NCBI GenBank assembly: GCA_951406725.2
Contig: OX597832.1
Coordinates: forward strand, 66,216,001 to 66,280,000
Direction of reading: 5' to 3'
Source: Octopus vulgaris
Lineage: Eukaryota
Length of the DNA stretch: 64,000 nucleotides
The number at the start of each line of letters is the position of its first letter. Positions within the stretch are counted from its first letter, which is position 1. Under the pieces are notes generated by a model. The model was not told the DNA's origin and did no database searches. It was given only the letters and a program-made list of their open reading frames with translations. Position numbers and translations under genes: made by a program. Below, piece after piece: positions 57,930 to 64,000 of this stretch.

Positions 57930-58983
57930 TTTCGAGTCCCACAAAGTACTGTGTTGGACTCACTCCTCCGCATTATTTACATCATAGTAGATGTCATCAA
58001 ACAATCTACATTAAACATTTTTGCAGATGATTCCAAACACCAGAAAGCAATAAACGGCATGGGAGACCGAACATGCCTTCAGTCAGATCTGTTTGCTATT
58101 GCTCAATGGGCTGAAAAAAATAAAATACGCTTTTAAATGAAGATAATTTTGATTTGAACCACTACGGAATATAGGAAACTCTAAAACTACCATGTGCTCT
58201 TCCCTCGGACGTTTCTCTAGTGTCATCCACCAGTACCAGGGACCTTGGAGTAATAGTTGATAACAATCTAGGCTGGAGATCCCACGTAAACAGGAAGGTT
58301 GACTTGGCCCGCAAGATGTGCTCCTCGATTCTGAGAACTTGCCGGGCTAGAGATGCCTACACCATCATCCTTCTCTATTCTACTTTTGCCCGACCCCACC
58401 TTGAATACTGTTGCCCACTGTGGTCCACCCACTCGAAGGAACTCATTATGAAAGTAGAAGCACTCCAGAAGTCAATAACAAGAACGACAGACGGCATAAG
58501 AGGCATTGATTACTGGGATCGACTAAAACACTCATTCTCTACTCTCAACGCCGCCGGGAGCGCTACATCATTTGTGTTGTGTAGAAAATATTCCATCAAT
58601 ATTGCACAAATGATGTTGGCATCAATTTTAAAATCCATCCATGACTTGGCTCCGTGTTATCCGCCACTTCTAAAATTGAACTCGATACACATAGCAACAT
58701 TACGTCACAGTTACTTTACCTCTACTGATCAAGCTCTCTTTAATACCATAACAAAATGCATCAAAACGGAAACGGATCCCATAAAATTCTAATGTTCACT
58801 GGACAAATTTCTTCAAAAAATCCCGGACCAACCTCCTACACCCGGATATGTCACCAACAATAATAACTCCTTGTTAGACTGGGCTCTGGTGCCCCTTATA
58901 TAATTAAAATACTTCACCAGGTTGTGCTCTTAAGTTAAACATGCCCTGGGCCTATACTGGCCGAGACACATCAAGGTTATTAT
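57930..58983 (+). mobile_element. CR1/L2-like LINE 3' portion
   Basis: IFADDSK; CLQSDL..W; RDLGVIVDNNL; YSTFARPHLEYCCPLWS; RRERY; LDKFL..IPDQP; 3' UTR. Confidence 0.9.
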
Positions 58984-59139
58984 GGCTAGAGTCAAGAAAA
59001 TTTTGTGTTTTAGCTGATGTACTTTTAAATAGCGTTAATCTGTTTTCTTAACACAAGCCCCCAAAACACTTTTGTGATGACATGCTGGCTCGAGTACGAG
59101 CCAAAACACAAGGGAATTTTACCTTGTTATCCTTTATCT

Positions 59140-59450
59140 TTTACTTGTTTCTGTTATGCGGCCATGCAGAGGCATCAACTTCAAGGGTTTTATTGGAACG
59201 ATTCCACCCCAGTACTAATGCTTAAAAGCTTGCTGCTCATTCTAACGATCACTTTTGCCGAACTATTAGATTACTGGTTTGTAAATAAACCAACACCGGT
59301 TGTGAGGCGGTGGCGGTGGTGGTGGTGGGGGAACAAACACAAACACATCAGTTATGTACAAATACACAGACACACCCATACACATATGCAACGGGCATTC
59401 AATTACAAGTCTTTGGTCGCCCCGGGGCAATAGTAGGAGACCTTGCCACA
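59140..59450 (-). mobile_element. tRNA-derived SINE (31195 family), decayed
   Basis: GCGGCCATGC, CTTTTGCCGAAC and TTGGTCGCCCCGGGGCAATAGTAG blocks. Confidence 0.7.
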
Positions 59451-60015
59451 AATGTTTGTTTATGAAAGAGATGAAGTTGAATGATCTGTGAGGGATTCGG
59501 GTAGGGATGCCCACTTTTTGGTCAAGGATGACGCCATGACGTCTACGAGTTGAAATTAGTGGGACTAGGTTCTCCGAGACGCCTTGATGGATTAAGAAAG
59601 TGGGGGAAAGGTGGGAAAGCATCTTCTAGTCAGCAGTAGTAATAGTAGTGTTAGTAGTAGTAGATAGAGAAGGGGGTAGGGGAGGGGAAGGAGGATGAGT
59701 GGCAGTAGTATGAGCTTGCGGTAGTGGTAGCAGTAGTTACTACTGCAGTAGTAGCATCAGTAGCAATAGTATTAGTAGCAGCGGCAGCAGCAATAGTAGT
59801 GGCAGCTGCAGCAGCAGCAGTAGTGGTGGTTGAGGCTCTGTTGATGTTGGTGGTGAAGATGATGATGATGACGTTGCCAATGATTATAATAACGTGATTG
59901 TATGTGTGTAGGCGTTGGAGTAAAACTGCTGTACTCAACGGATGAACAGTCACCAGGTCAATAAGGTCTACATTGCCATTGTTACTATTTCAGTTGCTTA
60001 TTTATCACCACCACC

Positions 60016-60176
<161 letters not shown>

Positions 60177-60205
60177 TTCTTTGTGGAGCATCCTACTGAA
60201 CTGAG

Positions 60206-60609
60206 ATAATAACTTTGATAGGTTTCGGTCAGTATAGGCGCAGGCCATGTCTAACTTAATAGCACCACATGGTGGAGTGTTTTAGTCATACGTGGGGCAC
60301 CATAGCTAACTCCAGCAAGGAGTTATTATAGTTGGAGACATATCCAGGTGTAGGAAGTTGGTCCTGGATTTTTTAAGATATTTGTCCAGTGAACTTTTGA
60401 ACTTTATCCGATCCGTTCCCGTTTTCACGTATTTTGGTAAGGTATGAAAGAGAGCTGGAGCGGTGATTTGCTATGTGTCCTCAGTTCGAATTTTGTAGTG
60501 GGCGGATACCACGGGGAGCAAGTCTTGAATGGATTTTAAAATTGATGCCAACTTCATTTCTGCAATATTAATGGAATATTTTCCACATAACACAAATGAT
60601 GTAGCGCTC
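60206..60609 (-). mobile_element. Second, inverted 3' end of the same CR1/L2-like family
   Basis: Reverse complement aligns with 58558-58983 (e.g. GAGCGCTACATCATTTGTG, TCACTGGACAAAT). Confidence 0.85.
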
Positions 60610-60649
60610 GAAAGGAATATTAAAAGGCGGTTTCATTCGCTTTCATTCT

Positions 60650-60885
60650 AAGGCGGCGAGCTGGCAGAAACGTTAGCACGACGGGCGAAATGCTTAGCAG
60701 TATTTCGTCTGCCGTTATGTTCTGAGTTCAAATTCCGCCGAGGTCGACTTTGCCTTTCATCCTTTCGGGGTCGATAAATTAAGAACCAGTTACGCACTGG
60801 GGTCGAAATAATCGACTTAATCCGTTTGTCTGTCCTTGTTTGTCCTCTCTGTGTCTAACCCCTAGTGGGTAGTAAAGAAATAGGT
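60650..60885 (+). mobile_element. Well-preserved tRNA-derived SINE with a MetaSINE-like central domain
   Basis: GGCGGCGAGCTGGCAGAA head, GAGTTCAAATTCC box B, central GCCTTTCATCCTTTCGGGGTCGATAAA; domain name assigned from memory. Confidence 0.85.
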
Positions 60886-61389
60886 TTCATTCTCTTTTCT
60901 GTCACGAATTCTGTTTTTCTTTTTGTGTTTTTTTTTTTAGAGTTATTTATGTTGTATAATTTCCAGTTTGTCTTATTTACCGAAAAGTGAAAATGTTTTC
61001 GCGTATGTATCATGGAAACATGATATATACGTTATGTCCAATTTCGTAGATGCCGAGTTGGCATCGACCAGAATGCTGATTTCATTCTGTTCTGCTCCGA
61101 TTAATACAATTATGCCATGTGTTTCACGTGATGGAGGAATTCGCAATAATAACCAGAAGTGACATTCTACTGTCTTTTTTGTAATGTTTCTTTGTTATAA
61201 TTTGTTGAAATTGTTTAGCTATATCTTGTGCATGTCAAACTGGATGAGAGCAAATCGATTATAAGATTTACCCTGATTATGGAATTGATCGTACGAAGAG
61301 GAAAAAAAGTTTTGCTTATGGTACAATTTAGTATATACCAAAACTTAATATCATTAGTTATGTTTATTTACCGTTATTATAATTTTTTT

Positions 61390-61695
61390 CCCATTTCTGT
61401 CACTGAACTGCGGACATACTGGGTATCGCCTTGAAAGAAGCAGTCAACCAATGCGATACCAGTACTTTTTTAAAGCCTACTATTTATTCTACCGGCCTCT
61501 TTTGCCGAATCTTGGGAATATAAACGAACGAACACCGGTTGAGAGGTGGCGTCGAGGGATGAATACAAACACAAAGGCACAGACATAGATACACACACAC
61601 ATACACATATACGCACACGCATACATGAGAGGCTGCTTTCAGTTTCTGTTTACCAGATCCACTTGCAAGGCTTTGACCGGCGGGAGCTAGAATGT
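61390..61695 (-). mobile_element. tRNA-derived SINE (31195 family)
   Basis: CTCTTTTGCCGAA and CTTTCAGTTTCTGTTTACCAGATCCACT blocks. Confidence 0.7.
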
Positions 61696-63734
61696 ATAAT
61701 TTCGACCCCGATAAATTCGCCATCGGAAATTTCTCAACTGGTAACTTCCAATAATTTCGTTCCAGTACTTTCATCATAAGTGAATTCTATACTTGGAACA
61801 TACCACACCCACAGAGTAGTCATCACATCTAAGTAGTAAATACAACAAGTAGTGCAATATAATTGGTACATTTTTATTCGCAAAATATATCTTATAAGTA
61901 CTAAACCATCATAGATTTCATACATCTCAAGGCCTCAGCAACCAAAAGAAAATAAAACGAGCAATTAATACATATTTTGTAGTTTTCAGCATTCAATATG
62001 CATTTAATGTGATAAAAAACTCATTAGAATTTCAATATTGTTCAAAATGATATTCGAGTATTTTTTCACGCAAATCACACAAAGATATGAATCCGTTTTG
62101 CAGGATCATCACCAATACATGTTTCCACTATGACACTTTCTACACTTAAAATGCTCTTTGTTTCTGCATAATTTTTACGAACAACATCCTTCTCCTGCAA
62201 GTAATAAACAACATCCTTCCTCCTCTGTCCTAAGTGTCCGAACCTTGGATGAAAGTTTACAAGAGTTTGCTGCCATAATCAAACAGATCGGTAAAATATC
62301 CAAATACAACAGAGATCGGCGAATTATCCAACTAGATGAGTAAAAATTTCCAAAACTATCCGTACTAAAAGCAGAGCATCGACACATGTTTTCGCGTAAA
62401 AAAATATTCAACACATGTGCGTAGAATAAATTTCACGCAGTCGTAGACAAACGTATTCTCATGTTTAGCTTGGACAGTAGTGGCAAAATTACCGGGGGAA
62501 AACTTAAGAGTGGCGAAATTACCGATCACTGTGATGGTTTCGCCGAAGGAGCCATTCAGTGCGACTGAACCGAAGCCAACGTAGCTGGAAAGCGAGCTTC
62601 TCAATCATGCAACCACTCCTAAACATATATATGATATGTTAAAATATATAAAAGAGAGGTGAAGTTGTCGAGGGCTATATATATTGTTTTTGTTAGATGT
62701 TAAAACATACGATAATATTTGCTTGCTTTTCAATATCGAAAAACGTTGTACTTTAAATATTTTGCACTTAAAATAATTCGATATTTTTCAAGACTTTAGA
62801 AACAAAATTCAAGCATAATAAAGATTATGTAAAGATTTAAATCCTTAAAGGTTACACGGACGACAAGAATAAATGTAAAAAGAAAAGAAGAAAAAAACAA
62901 TATCGATCTCATTTTCTCTTCCCTTATATACTTACATACGTATATAGACACACAGTCGCACACACATTCATTCATTTATACTTACATACATGCATATATA
63001 CGTACATACATACGTACATAAAAGAGGCCAGCTGTCCATCGACCGTCATAATGGTCAGCTGTTCTTCCTTCTGATGTTAATGTCATTCTAAAAAACCACA
63101 TAAAAAGAGGATAACTATGGACAACTGCTTGAAAACATTTAGCTTCTATAACGAAATTATAAATTCACATTTATACCAATAATAATTGGTGCACTTTTGA
63201 GTAAATGCCTCAGTGATAGTCTGGGTAAACAGGATTTTCAGATAAATGAATCAACCAACTAATTCGCACATTACAAATACAAACTGTAAGTGGAACAGTG
63301 AAAATATACAAGATCCTTCCCAAGTTTAAAATATGACATTATTTTTATCGACATTCTAATGATTGAACCTTGTATCTTTTTTAGAATATGGCTCTATCCT
63401 CAGAGGAAAAAATTAAATAAAAGAAAACAGACCCCCTCCACACACACGGATATTCCTTTCGCGAGTAGTTAGCATTAGAAGTTGAAATTTAAAATTAAAG
63501 AATGTGGAATACTTCATAATATACACATGTAGGTGTCTTATTTATAATGGACTTTTTAAAATTCCAAGTCTCTGGAAAACTTTCATTCTTTCAAAACATC
63601 ATCAGTATAACTCCAGGCATATAAATCATACTGTAGGAAACTATATATTGAAAAGAATTACAATCTGGGATGTCTTCATGGAATTTGTTCTTCTATCATT
63701 TCTTTTGTGTTTAATTTTCACTTATTCCAGTCGT

Positions 63735-63888
63735 TAAACTGTTGCCATACTGAAGTTTTCCAGTTGAATAAATAGACCCAAATTCTTATGTTTTTTAAAG
63801 TTTGGTAATTGTTCTGTCGAACTCTTTTTCCGATCCGTTAATTACAGGAATATAAACACACCAGTCAAAGAGTGATGGGGACAAACAG

Positions 63889-63928
<40 letters not shown>

Positions 63929-64000
63929 TCGATGGGCTTCTTTCAGATTCTGTCTACTAAATTCACTCACAACCACTTCGACCTGACGCTATAGTGAAAG
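63735..64000 (-). mobile_element. tRNA-derived SINE (31195 family), cut by the window end
   Basis: ATAAACACACCAG, (CA)n and GGGCTTCTTTCAG..TTCACTCACAA blocks. Confidence 0.7.

Noticed and set aside
62050-62480. Possible Merlin-like transposase N-terminus (YLQEK..CRKC)
   Set aside because: Too short and degenerate to support a call.

Overview
AT-rich, extremely microsatellite-dense eukaryotic DNA, intergenic or deep intronic. The SINE families and repeat landscape suggest an octopus/coleoid cephalopod (inference). I found no convincing host exon, and nearly all listed ORFs are microsatellite artefacts. The window is mostly transposons: (TAA)n-associated R4/Dong-like restriction-like-endonuclease LINEs (two young complementary copies plus older families), a young GC-rich RTE/BovB-like LINE in (TA)n, CR1/L2-like and Tx1-like LINE remnants, Tc1, mariner, piggyBac, MULE and Helitron remnants, and many tRNA-derived SINEs. 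The most interesting signal is non-coding: about a dozen hammerhead-ribozyme (HHR)-like motifs of the minimal Penelope-like-element (PLE) type, from several families, often in inverted pairs and often ending at (TA)n tracts. They include a near-perfect 491-bp palindrome with two intact-looking HHRs and a composite element of tRNA-like head + (AAT)n + HHR-bearing PLE-type tail, a candidate Penelope-mobilised SINE. All calls come from manual reading and translation; no database searches were run, and boundaries of decayed elements are approximate.
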